A stretch of 62,801 nucleotides of DNA, the filler included, from Folioceros fuciformis (taxonomy: Eukaryota): NCBI GenBank assembly GCA_049999805.1. It is 6 parts of 6 records of this genome, joined end to end, with 100 filler letters (N's around TTAATTAATTAA, not from the genome) between each part and the next. Parts side by side here need not be neighbours in the genome. Positions count along the whole stretch, not along the records: positions 1 to 14,532 come from JBNGIO010004414.1; 5 more parts are not named here. One strand, given 5' to 3'. Shown here piece after piece: positions 1 through 10,976 of the stretch (positions are counted from its first letter, which is position 1; the number at the start of each line of letters is the position of its first letter). Made by a program: the position numbers and the translations under genes. The notes under the pieces were generated by a model that saw nothing but the letters and a program-made list of their open reading frames with translations, was not told where the DNA came from and did not search any database.

Positions 1-250
1 TTGGAAGTTTTTGGTCCTCTTCCAACAAATCGTCTGAAACATAATTAGTTATCAAACTCTTCCCTCTTGGAAGTTTTTGGTGCTCTTTCGACAAATCGTC
101 GGAAACATCATTAGTTATCATACTCTTTCCTTTTAGAAATTTTTGTTGCTCTTCCAACATATCATTCAAAATACAATTGCTCATCATAGTCTTCACTTTT
201 GCAAGCTTTTGGCACTCTTCGAACAAATCATCCCAAATATAATTCATCTC
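1..250. repeat. Degenerate ~70-bp tandem repeat
   Basis: The unit ttggaagtttttggt..ctt..acaaatcgtc.gaaacat.attagttatca.actct occurs at 1 and 68, with decayed copies to about 250. Confidence 0.6.
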
Positions 251-983
251 CATTGTAAAATATATGTTTTCAAAAATTATAAAAGAAAGAGTTTTAATAA
301 AATATTGATAAAAAAAATCTACGTGAGAAAAATCGTATTCACGTTCACCAATGACAAATTTCTGTAGTACGGTCAAAATAAAATTAGTAAAAAGATTATA
401 TGATATAANNNNNNNNNNNNNNNNNNNNNNNNNNNNNNNNNNNNNNNNNNNNNNNNNNNNNNNNNNNNNNNNNNNNNNNNNNNNNNNNNNNNNNNNNNNN
501 NNNNNNNNCAATGAGAGCGACGTTTTAAAACATTCATCCAAAATCATACATATATTTAGGGGCTCCCTATACAAATTGATAAAAAAAACAATTAATTTAT
601 ATAATTACATAGTAAAAGTTAAAAAAACTCATCACCAAGATATATAAAGATTTTCAAAGCCAAGATAAAAATTACCGTTAAATAAAATAACAATCTTTAC
701 CCATAAGATAGAAGAGTAAAAAAAATGTACCAATATAGTTCTAAAATATAGACCATAAAGTGCATATATAGTAGTAGGTGCTAATATATAGTAATAAGCC
801 TAATTACTATTTAACCGAGAGCTTTAACCGAGAACAATTCATGTGATATAAGATGCACCGAAGAGTCCATTTGTGATGAGTTTCGAACGCAACACACCGC
901 GAGTTCGAGCCTGAGTCGAGTCCTTTTGTTGCAGGAGGTTGAGAAATACATTGGCCTGTCGAAAGGTGGGTAGGTGGATGATT

Positions 984-2777
984 CTAGAGCCTCCGCGACT
1001 GCAATGGCATCGATGCGTCCGCAAGAAGAGCCTGGGCGGCTCGCTTGCCCGAGACTAGGGCGCCATGGTGGGTGGCATGGTCCCGGTGGTCACCGCACAC
1101 GTACAGCTTGTCGCCCAGCCTCACCTCGCGGGCGATGTCGGTGGGAGCGTCCTGATTGGGTTGTCCGTACACTATCTTGTAGCTGCGCAGAAACTTCCAT
1201 GGCTGAACCACGGACGCCCCGAACCAGCCCGCGAGCTCCTGCTTCACCGCTTCCTCCAGCCCCTCCTTGTCCCAGTCCGCGGCCCCCAGCCTCAAGGACA
1301 CGCTTACCAGGCATTTGCCGGGGGGCGCATACGATGGGGCGACGTTGGACACCGCCACCACGCTGTTCACGACACCGTTCCTGGATCCGTTGAGGTAGAG
1401 CAGCGGTCCGGCGTACGGGGCCTCGTCTGCGGAGTAGTAGAGCGTGATGGAGTTCCGGGGCGGCCGAGTCACAGGGGCGCTCGGCGGGAGCGCGTCTCCC
1501 AAGAGACGGGCTGCCTCGGGGCCCTCTACTGCGATCACCACCCCATGCCGGCTTCTGACAATGCTTCCGTTCTCGAGCTTCACGCCCGGGGTTCCGTCCA
1601 GCAGGAGGGCGGAGGCCCGGGAACTGAACCGGATAGCGCCCGCCGGTAGCCGCTCCGCGAGCTGCTGCGGGATGGCCCCCATCCCCTCTGCGGGAAGCAC
1701 ATTTCTGCCCACCGCGAAAGTGCGGAAGATGAACTGGTAGAGGCGGGACGAGGTGCTGAGCTCGTAGTCGAAGAAGACTCCTCCGAAGAAGGGACGGTAG
1801 AAGGCGTCGATCATGGACTGGGAGAACCCCTCCCGTTTGAGACGCTGGAGGGTGGGTTCCTCGTCCGCGTCATTCAGAATGTCTTCCGCGGACCGGGAGG
1901 AAGCTTTCAGCCTGCGTGTGAAGAGTGGGCGAGGAAGAGTTGTTAGGTCCCTTCCAAAGAAACAAAGGGAAGGCAAGCAAAGCTTGAGTGAGGATGGCGT
2001 GTTTTGGGAGTAGAGGTAGTACCTCACGTTGCATACCAGGAGCTTGTCCAGCAGCGAGCCCACGGGGTTGAAGATGGAGAGGATGGAGTCCACAGGATGG
2101 CGCAAGGGGTCGGCCAGGCGGTGGAAGCCGTCGTCCAGCCTCACCATGGCTCCGGCGTAGAACTTCTGGAGGTTCAAGGCCTCGTAGTCCAACACCTCCT
2201 GCGTCTCAGGGTAGCCGGAGAGGAGTAGCTGGAATCCGCGGTCCAGCTTGAACCCCTGGTGGAGGTCGGTGCGCACTCTGCCCCCGACGCCGTCCGAGGC
2301 TTCCAGGAGCAAGAAGGGAACGTCGGCCTGCGACAGCACACGGGCTGCAGCCAGCCCCGCCAGGCCTGCTCCCACGATTACCACCCCAGTCTCCTCTTCC
2401 AGGCCTTTTTCCGCATCGCTGCTGCTCCCTGCGCTGCTGGGCCTGTCGTCTGTGGACACAGCCGCGGCCCTGGTGGTGTGGGCCTTCCGCACTCGCCAGC
2501 ATTGCGCCGCTTCAGGTGCGGTTGGTCTCACTGCGTTCAGTCCGGGCTTGCTTTGGAGTAGGAAATGGACTTCGGATTTGATGCTGGCAGACTTAGGCTG
2601 CCCCTTGTCCACGGACTTGGGGGCGAGGTGAGTGCCGGCATAGCAGGCTGGGCTGGAGAGCAACATCCTAGCCTGGCCAAACTCGCTGTGAGTCACACGC
2701 GATCCGGGGCTCTGCTGGCATATAAACCTACTCTGCACTGTCGCTATCTCAGCCTTCAGCTTTGTGAGGAAATACAT
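984..2777 (-). CDS. FAD-dependent oxidoreductase, amine oxidase family, probably plastid-targeted; two exons
   Basis: Rossmann motif VVIVGAGLAGLAAA..LLEASDGVGGRVRT, DRGFQ, and C-terminal LYVCGDHR..HGALVSGKRAA. An in-frame 111-nt GT-AG intron is predicted at 2022-1912. The N-terminal extension is transit-peptide-like; the true start may be the Met near 2665. Confidence 0.9.
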   Translation of the reverse strand: MYFLTKLKAEIATVQSRFICQQSPGSRVTHSEFGQARMLLSSPACYAGTHLAPKSVDKGQPKSASIKSEVHFLLQSKPGLNAVRPTAPEAAQCWRVRKAHTTRAAAVSTDDRPSSAGSSSDAEKGLEEETGVVIVGAGLAGLAAARVLSQADVPFLLLEASDGVGGRVRTDLHQGFKLDRGFQLLLSGYPETQEVLDYEALNLQKFYAGAMVRLDDGFHRLADPLRHPVDSILSIFNPVGSLLDKLLVCNVRYYLYSQNTPSSLKLCLPSLCFFGRDLTTLPRPLFTRRLKASSRSAEDILNDADEEPTLQRLKREGFSQSMIDAFYRPFFGGVFFDYELSTSSRLYQFIFRTFAVGRNVLPAEGMGAIPQQLAERLPAGAIRFSSRASALLLDGTPGVKLENGSIVRSRHGVVIAVEGPEAARLLGDALPPSAPVTRPPRNSITLYYSADEAPYAGPLLYLNGSRNGVVNSVVAVSNVAPSYAPPGKCLVSVSLRLGAADWDKEGLEEAVKQELAGWFGASVVQPWKFLRSYKIVYGQPNQDAPTDIAREVRLGDKLYVCGDHRDHATHHGALVSGKRAAQALLADASMPLQSRRL

Positions 2778-3362
2778 GCAGATGCCGTCATCCTCGGTCG
2801 TGGAGATGCAGATACCGTCGCAGCAAGATTACTTCATCCACTTGCTCCCTAGAACAGATTAGGGGCGCGTGATTCCCGCATATTGAGGATGTATGACCTC
2901 GTCGCTCGCGCTCCATTTCCATCAACGAGGAGGGGTAGCATGCACACGCCCCAGTGCTCCAGACATTAACTTTTCAAGATGGTCTTCTGAACTGGACCAG
3001 TAGGAGGAAGCTTCCCGCGCGCCGCTGTTGAATGGATAATGCTCTGCCTGGATGTCCGAGTGCATCGGTGGGGTGCACCTTTCACCAGTATAGGTACAAT
3101 TGCACTCATGAGCCTGTTGCAAAAGCAGGCCAACAAACCTGCCACAGGGCTACGAGTACGGTCTAGGCGATCGATTGATAAGGCTTACACGGAAAGATCT
3201 GGTGTCATTATCCGTCGTGTGTGTGTCTCGGATTTCCCTTCCCCAAGAGGCGCAAGTGGCCCCTGGCAGATGACAACTGACATGGGCTCTGGGAATCGAT
3301 GACCTTCGTCGTTGCCAACTTCTTATGACCTCTCCCTTACCGTTGTCACCAATACCTTGAGG

Positions 3363-4869
3363 CTACACTATCACCTTCTGGGCCTTCAGCAAAGAAGATT
3401 TGACGCTCGCAGAGAGCTCCCACCCCTTTGCCGCCATCTTCTGGTACATGCTGCCGGCCTCTTCAGAGAGGTTCCCCACCAGCAGGCCCTGGATGAGTCT
3501 GTTGTACGCTCCCTCATCTACTTCCATCCGGGCGTCGTTCATAACCTGCAAAATGTCTCTGACTTTTTCCAACTGGCCTGAACGGGCATATACCTCGTAC
3601 ATGTTTGTCGCCACTCTGGGAGTAAGTCGGAAGCCTCTATTGAGGTAATCCCGGTACACCTCCTCGGTTTCTGTCACCAGGCCGTATCTTGCCAAGTAGC
3701 CCATCAAGGTTGTGAGGGATTCTGGACCAGGCCTAATGCGAGCCTTCTCCAAATCCATCATTAGCTGCACAGCCATTTCGATTGTACCTGCCTTCTCGTA
3801 AGCCACAATCATTCGGCTGATAAGTCTGTCATCGGGGACCAGGGCTACATCCAGCAGCAGCTGGAAGGTCTTGACTGCACCTTCAGCATGGCCTGCTTTT
3901 GTGTAAGAATCTATAAGAGCCGTGAAGGCTTTCAGGGAGGGCCTCACTCCGTTCACCTGCATCAGGTTGAACACTCTCTCTGCTGCGATTGCTGCCCCAG
4001 CCCTTCCGTAAGCTGAGATCAGGGCAGTGAAGGCATCTCCGTTCATCAGTTCAGGAGAAGCCGTCACCAAGGCCTCCGCTTCTGCAGGCAAACTCGCGAG
4101 TCCATATGCCACTATCAAGGCTGTCAAAGCCTTGCTGTCCGGCTTGAGCCCAGCCTTCCTAATCTGCTCGTAGGCATCCCTAGCGCGATCTACCAGGCCA
4201 AGCCTACCATACAAACTTATCAGAACAGTGTACGTGACCACGTCTGGTGCAAATCCAGACTCCAGCATTTCCTTCATAACGTTCTCTGCCTCATCCAATC
4301 TCTCCAGCTTGCCATATTTGTCGACAAGCTTCGTATAGTCCCGTGCGCAGACTTCGAAGCCCTGCTCATCCAGAGCAAAATGGAAGACCTGCGGTACAAT
4401 CAGCAACAAAATGAGCGTCTGTCATCAAGCTCGTTTTCTTCCTAAACGAGCGTTGCATTGTGACAAACACCTTGAAGTAGAGATCACGGTCTCGGAAGTT
4501 GTCGAACTGTATCAGCAAGTCCAGCCAGTCCCGCCTTCGGGGACTCATGCCCCGCACCCAACGCCGAAGAACCTCCCAAATGGATTGCTCGTCCAGAGAT
4601 GACCGAAGTTCCCGAGTGACGAGCCTGGCCCTGTTGGTTACCCTACCCTCGACGGTAGTCTCGTTTCTCCAGAACTTTCTCGTAGAAGCCAGCACCTTGA
4701 CACTGCGATCCTTTGAAGCATTTCGTAGGCTAGTTGTTCCCCATGACGACGTTGATAGTGAGCAAGACAGAAGGCCTGTCTCTAAAGCTTTGGGCAAATC
4801 CCTTTGGCCAGGTGATGTCCCGACCATGCGTGTTGTTGCAGCCCGAAGACATGAACCGCATGCTGCCAT
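3363..4869 (-). CDS. P-class pentatricopeptide repeat protein (resembles At1g01970); two exons
   Basis: Tandem 35-aa P motifs (PDVVTYTVLISLYGRLG, PSLKAFTALIDSYTKAG). Exon 1 is 4869-4471, the intron is 4470-4389 (GT..AG) and exon 2 runs to the stop at 3363. Confidence 0.88.
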
Positions 4870-5145
4870 GTTGAACTGAGAACCTGGCGTTGGCTACGTT
4901 CTTCCATTGCAGTGTGTGAAGAAGGTGAATCTCTGCTGCCCTAATGGCCGGAATCTGTCAGCATGCATGGGGTTTCCATCTGCTGCGCTCCAGAAGGGTA
5001 GTGTCCGCCTACTCGCCGGAATCTGACAGCATGCGGGGAGATTGCATCTGCTGCGCTCCCGGAATGTAGTGTCAGCTTTGCTGTTATGTGTGTCGAGGGT
5101 AGCAGCTAAAAAGGAGACCTTGGAACAGCGTTGTTTCTTCAAACA

Positions 5146-8100
5146 ATGGCATCCGCGTGTTACAACAACAACTGTGCCTCGTTCTCCTTTTCTGCTCAGA
5201 AATTACCGACCCCGAAGCACGGAAGAGGTGTCAGCACCGTCGTCCATGTTACAGCATTAGAGAACCGTCATACAAGTGCAGATAAGGCAATGGAAGTGGA
5301 GAGGCTCTGGGAACAGCTGTTCTCCAATCCTGCTGAATGGTGGGACAACAGAGCAGGCAAGGTGCGATCTTGTTCGTTTCTTCGGGCTCTCCTCATTCAT
5401 GCGCCGGTCCTTTGGATGCTCGAATGCGAGAACGATGTTGATTACTCTGATATTTTGCTCTCTGTGCAGAATCATAGGAAAGTTCCTGACTTTCGACACA
5501 AAGTCTCCAAGGAAGGCTTGTGGGTTGATTGTGAGCTGAATCCCAGCTGGGTCCCATCGAAGTTGGCTTCCTTTTACAGAGATAAACATCAGGGCTCGTC
5601 TTGCAAAGGTCTGCAACATCTGTTCATATTCTCATGTCAGGGATGCAGACAATCCAGAATGCGGTCTTTACGGGAATTTGTTGTCATCCCCGGACTTGGT
5701 TCATGACAGGTGTTGACGAGCATACACCAGAAAGGGAAAGTCTTTCCCGGCCATACTACTCCTCAGGATGCTCTCAGAATACAGACCGGATACCCCGTTC
5801 CGAGTCCAGGAGTGCAAGGAGCCAAGAAGAACTCCGGGATGAAGTGACAACTTTGCCAAATGGTCGTGCTTTTGGAGTCGAGAATTCATCACGTACCGGG
5901 TTAGTGGATCACCTAATCAGTAACATCACTTAGGTTGTGGTGATTTGAAGCTGCGGAAAAGCATAGCATCAGATTGTCATCCAGAGTTTACATGCCAGTC
6001 AACATTATCTGTCAACTGTTGTCACTGACAGGTCAAACACTGGGGCTGCATCAATGTCAACACAGGTCGCAGGACAATCTGGTATTGAAGAACTTGTGTA
6101 GGGACGGACGACTGAAGGAAGCAATTGCTGCATTGCAGCGGATGCACCAGCAGGACAGAATGCCTTCGGTTGAAGCTTACAGCCACGTTTTGCAGGGGTG
6201 CATGAAGATGAAGGCTCTAGCTGAGGGCAAGCAGCTACATGACTTGATCGTGAAAGTTGACTTGGAATTGAACAGCATTATTGGCCCCTCGGTTGTGAAC
6301 ATGTTCATAGAATGTGGGAGCCTCTCAGATGCGGCCCACGTCTTCAACAGCCTGTCCCAACGTACGACTTCCTCCTACATGGCAATCATCTTGGGTTATG
6401 TGAAGTGTGGAGCTGAACTCAAGGCTTTGAACATGTACCAGCGAATGGTGCAGGAAGGGGTGGAACCAAACAGATCAATCTTTGTGAGCCTACTGAAAGC
6501 CTGTGGCAACTCATCAAATCTGGAACTCGGGAAAAAAATTCATGCTGACGTCAACAGAAGTCGTTGTGCAGCCGACGTGTTTGTGGGTACGGCTTTGGTG
6601 TGCATGTATGCCAAATGTGGTCGCATGATGGATGCCAGACGTGTGTTCAGCACATCTTACAAGCGCGATGTGGCGTGCTGGAATGCAATGATTGCTGGGT
6701 ATGCTCAGCAAGCACAGAATGAACAGGCATTGCAAATATATTTTCAGATGCAACGTGACGGTGTTATACCAAATCTTCGCACCTATGTTAGTGTATTGAA
6801 GGCATGTGGTGGCCTGGCATCAACAGGGCCCCATGACCAAGTGGTTAAGCTGGATTGCCTCCAGAAGGGAAAACAGATTCACAGTGAAGTTGTCAGGAGG
6901 GGTTTTGCAACAAATATTTTTGTGGCTACCACCCTGATTAGCATGTATGCAAACTGTGGGAGCACGCTGGACGCATGTTCTGTATTTGACACTCTGCCCC
7001 AGCGTGATGCGGTAATTTGGAATACTATGATAGGCTGTTTCATTCAGGAGGACCAAAGTGAAGAGGCTCTGCAACTTTTTGGCAAAATGAAAGACGCGGG
7101 TGTCCCTGCGAGTAGTAGAACCTATGTCAATGTACTCAGAGCATGTGGCAGCCTGGGAATCAAGGAAGATGGCATTGCGACCCATGGGACATTAGTGAAG
7201 CCGGACTCCCTGCAAAGAGGAAGGGAACTGCATGCTGAGATTGTTGAGGCAGGCTGTGCGCTGGATGCAAACATTGGCAGCAGTTTGATTGATATGTATG
7301 CGAAGTGTGGGAGCATGACAGATGCACAGCAGGTATTTGAAACATTGCCAGAAACAAATGTGGCAGCATGGACTGGAATGATCACTGGTTACAGGCAACA
7401 AAAGGACATCAACCGGGCTTTGCAATTGTACGCAAAAATGCTGGAGAAAGGTATTGTGCCAAATAATCGGACTTTTGTGACCGTGCTGAAGGCATGCAGC
7501 AGTCTGGCTGCCGTGGAAGAAGAGCTGGTTATAGATGGGGAACGAGTTAAGCCAAAATCTCTTGCAAAGGGCCAGGAGATCCACGAGGAGATCGTCAGGA
7601 GAGGGTATGCATCGGACACGGTTGTTGGAAATATTCTTGCTGCCATGTATGCAAACTGTGGATGCATGAAGAGCGCACAGCAGGTGTTTGACGCGTTATG
7701 CCACCGTGATGTTGGATCATGGAATGCAATGATCATTGGATATGCTCATCAAGATCGTGGGGAGCAAGCTTTGCAACTATATTCCAAAATGCAAAATGAA
7801 GGTGTTATGCCCGATAGTTGGACCTTTGTGAATTTGCTCACTGCATGTGGTACAATGGGAGCATTGGAAGGGGCCACTGCAGTTGATGGTGTCTATGTGA
7901 AAGCACAATGTTTGAGAAAGGTGATGGAGATACATAAGGAAGCGTCCGGAGCTGGGTTTGAAACAAATGCGTTTGTTGGTGCCACGCTTATAGACAGGTA
8001 TGCGACCTGTGGGAGCATGATGGATGCACAGCAGGTCTTTGACAGGTTTCCGCAGCGTAGTGTGGTGGCGTGGACAGCAATTATTGGAGGATACGCCCAA

Positions 8101-10794
8101 CAAGCACAAGGTGACACAGCCTTGCACCTGTTTTACCGGATGCAGGAGGAAGGGGTAAAACCAAACAACCGAACGTTTGCTTGTGCTGTAAAAGCATGCA
8201 GCAGTTTAGCAGACTTGGAAGAGTCTACTGTTGTAAATGGAGCACACGTTAAGATAAAAAGCTTGCGAAAGGGTGAAAGGTTGTATACTTACATTTTAAA
8301 TTCTCTTGATCAATTTGATACGGTGGTTGGTAATGCCCTTGTTGACATGTTTGTAAAATGTGGGAGCATGGACAGAGCAGAGCAGGTTTTTGAGACCATG
8401 CCAGCTCGCAATGTTGGGACATGGACAGCAATGGTGGCAGGATATGCTCAGCAGGAACTAAATCTCAAGGCTTTGCAACTGTATAGTCGAATGCAGGATG
8501 AGGGTGTGCAGCCAAACCATCGGACCATTGTTTTTGCTCTGAAAGCTTGTGGTGCCCTGGCAGCCAAAGAAGGAGCCACAAATGTGTGTGGAGAACTGAT
8601 GAAACTAGATTGCTTACAACAAGGGAGACGAATACATGCTGATAGTATTAATGCTGGTTGCGAGTCAGATGCATTTGTTGGTGCAACGCTTGTTGACATG
8701 TATTCAAACTGTGGCAGTTTGGTGGAGGCCCGTCATGTTTTTGACAGAATGACGGACCGGGGAGTGGTGGCGTGGACAGCAATGATAGCAGGGTATGCCC
8801 AGCGTGCGCAGGGTGAGAAGGCTTTGCAATTGTATCAGCAAATGCGGGATGAAGGTGTTAAGCCAAATAGTCGGACCTTTGTGTGCACCCTCAAAGCTTG
8901 TGTTAATTTAGCAGAAGTAGGAGAGTCGATGCCTGTGGAAGGAGAGCTACCTATAGAACGGGCCCTTAGGATGGGCAAAGAGATACACTCTGACATCAAT
9001 GAGAGGGGCCTGGAAATGGACCCGTTTGTTTCTGCCAGCCTGGTTCAAATGTATGCAAGCTGTGGGCGCATGCTGGAAGCGCAGCGTGTTTTTGACGCAT
9101 TGCCCAGCCGCGATGTCGCAATGTGGACAGCGATGATTGCAGGATATGCTCAACAGGGGAAAGGTGAGAAAGCCATCCTATTGTACGAAAGGATGGGGAA
9201 GGAAGGCGTCCCTCCAGACACATGGACTTTAGTCAGTGCACTAAAAGCTTGTTGCAGGCTTGCAGGCAAGGATCAGGCTTCTGTTGTGGATGAACAATGT
9301 ATCAAGACAGTGTGCCTGCAAAAGGGTAAGGAGCTACATGAGGAGGTTATCCGGAGGGGTTTTGGGCTGGATTTGTTTGTTGGTGCCAGTCTCGTCAGCA
9401 TGTATGCGAGCTGTGGAAGCATGGAAGATGCACAGCGAGTATTTGACTCGTTGCAGCAGCATGATGTGGTGTTGTGGACAGCAATGATAGGAGGATATGC
9501 CCACTGTGGAGAAGGTGAGAGAGCTTTGCAGCTATATACACAAATGCAAGAGGAAGGACACAGACCAAACAACAGGACGTTTGTGAGCTTACTGAAAGCA
9601 TGTGGCAGCTTGGCAGTCAAAGAGCAAGCTACCCTAGTGAATGGACGATCGATGAAACTAGGAAGCCTGGACAAGGGACGGGCAATTCATGCCGAGATTG
9701 TGGAAACTGGCGTAGAGCTGGACATGTTTGTGGCCACTACTCTTGTCGATATGTACGCAAAATGTGGTAGCATGGTGGATGCACATCGGGCTTTTGACTC
9801 CCTGACCACGAGAGACGTCGTGTCATGGACAGCCATGATTGCAGGATATGCTGATCTAGAGCAGGGCGAGCGGGCTGTTGAATTGTACCGTCAGATGCAA
9901 GAGGAGGGTGTGAGGCCAAGTCAGGCAACATACCTGAGCACCCTCCAAGCATGCAGCTGCGCAGGAGCGCTCGAAATATGTTCCGAAATCCATCAGGATC
10001 TCATCCACAGCGGACTGGGTACCAATGCCAGGCTTGCAACCTCTCTGATCAATGCATATGCAAAATGCGGCAGCATGGTGGATGCTCAACACGTCTTCGA
10101 CACGTTCCGACAGCAATCTTCCGGACAGCACGATGTGTGCTCTTGGACTGCGCTTATAGCAGGGTACGCTCGTCAGGGCAGCGGTCTCCTGAGCTTGGAG
10201 TGCTTGAACCAAATGCAACAGGCAGGGATCAGGCCAGACGGAGTGACAGCCTTGTCCGTACTTGCAGCCTGCAGCCACGCAGGCCTGGTGGACGAGGGCT
10301 TGGAGTACTTCGAGTCATTGAGCAAACACGACACCACCACCCTAACAGTCGACCACTACACCTGCCTGGTGGACCTCCTGGGACGCGCAGGACTCTTCAA
10401 CAAATTGGAGCAGCTGCTGCTCCTAATGCCCATGCAGCCTAACATCGCCCTGTGGCTCTGTCTTCTAGGCGCCTGCCAGAAACACAACAACCTGGAGCTG
10501 GGACGTCGGGCCTTCGAAGAAGCACTCCTCCTCGATCCAGCACAGTCGGCCCCGTACCTCCTCATGTCCAACATCTACGGCAGAGCAGGCATGTGGGAGC
10601 AGGCCAGAAAAATCGACTATCAACGGAGAGCCGCAGGTGCGTGGAAGCAGCCAGGCTTGAGCTGGGTGGAACACGGAGGCCAAGTGCACACGTTTGGAGC
10701 TAACGATACCCAAAACACCGAAACACCAAAGGTGCTGGCCAGGTTGAAGGAGCTGGACGAGGGGATAAACCGCCAAGTACAGGTTGGCGGTTAA
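5146..10794 (+). CDS. PLS-class PPR RNA-editing factor (LL motifs, E1-E2-E+, no DYW) with predicted upstream exons encoding a transit peptide and an OSB-type PDF motif
   Basis: The 5974-10794 ORF has repeated P-L-S triplets, P2-L2-S2 (VLAACSHAGLVDEG), E1/E2 and a PG box (KQPGLSWVE), then stops. Predicted exons 5146-5361, 5470-5608 and 5710-~5899 join in frame by GT-AG introns. The PPR body is certain; the 5' exon model is inferred. Confidence 0.9.
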
Positions 10795-10915
10795 TCCGGT
10801 TATTGTTCCGAGTCCGCGGACTGCGTCCCAACGGTTTTGTCGCACGAGTCGGACGCGCAACGGTTACGTTCGCGCGGCCTGGGAACGCCAACAACGCTTG
10901 CAGAAACGCGCCACG

Positions 10916-10946
10916 GGAAGGAAGGAAGGAAGGAAGGAAGGAAAGG
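10916..10946. repeat. (GGAA)n microsatellite
   Basis: ggaaggaaggaagg... lies between the PPR stop and the next ATG. Confidence 0.85.
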
Positions 10947-10976
10947 CGTAGCTGCTGATCGTCGCGGGGTGCGAGA

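Noticed and set aside
974-2852. Many overlapping plus-strand ORFs, and similar antisense ORFs over the PPR, PEX3, lectin and formin genes
   Set aside because: These are shadow ORFs of GC-rich coding sequence with no independent motifs.
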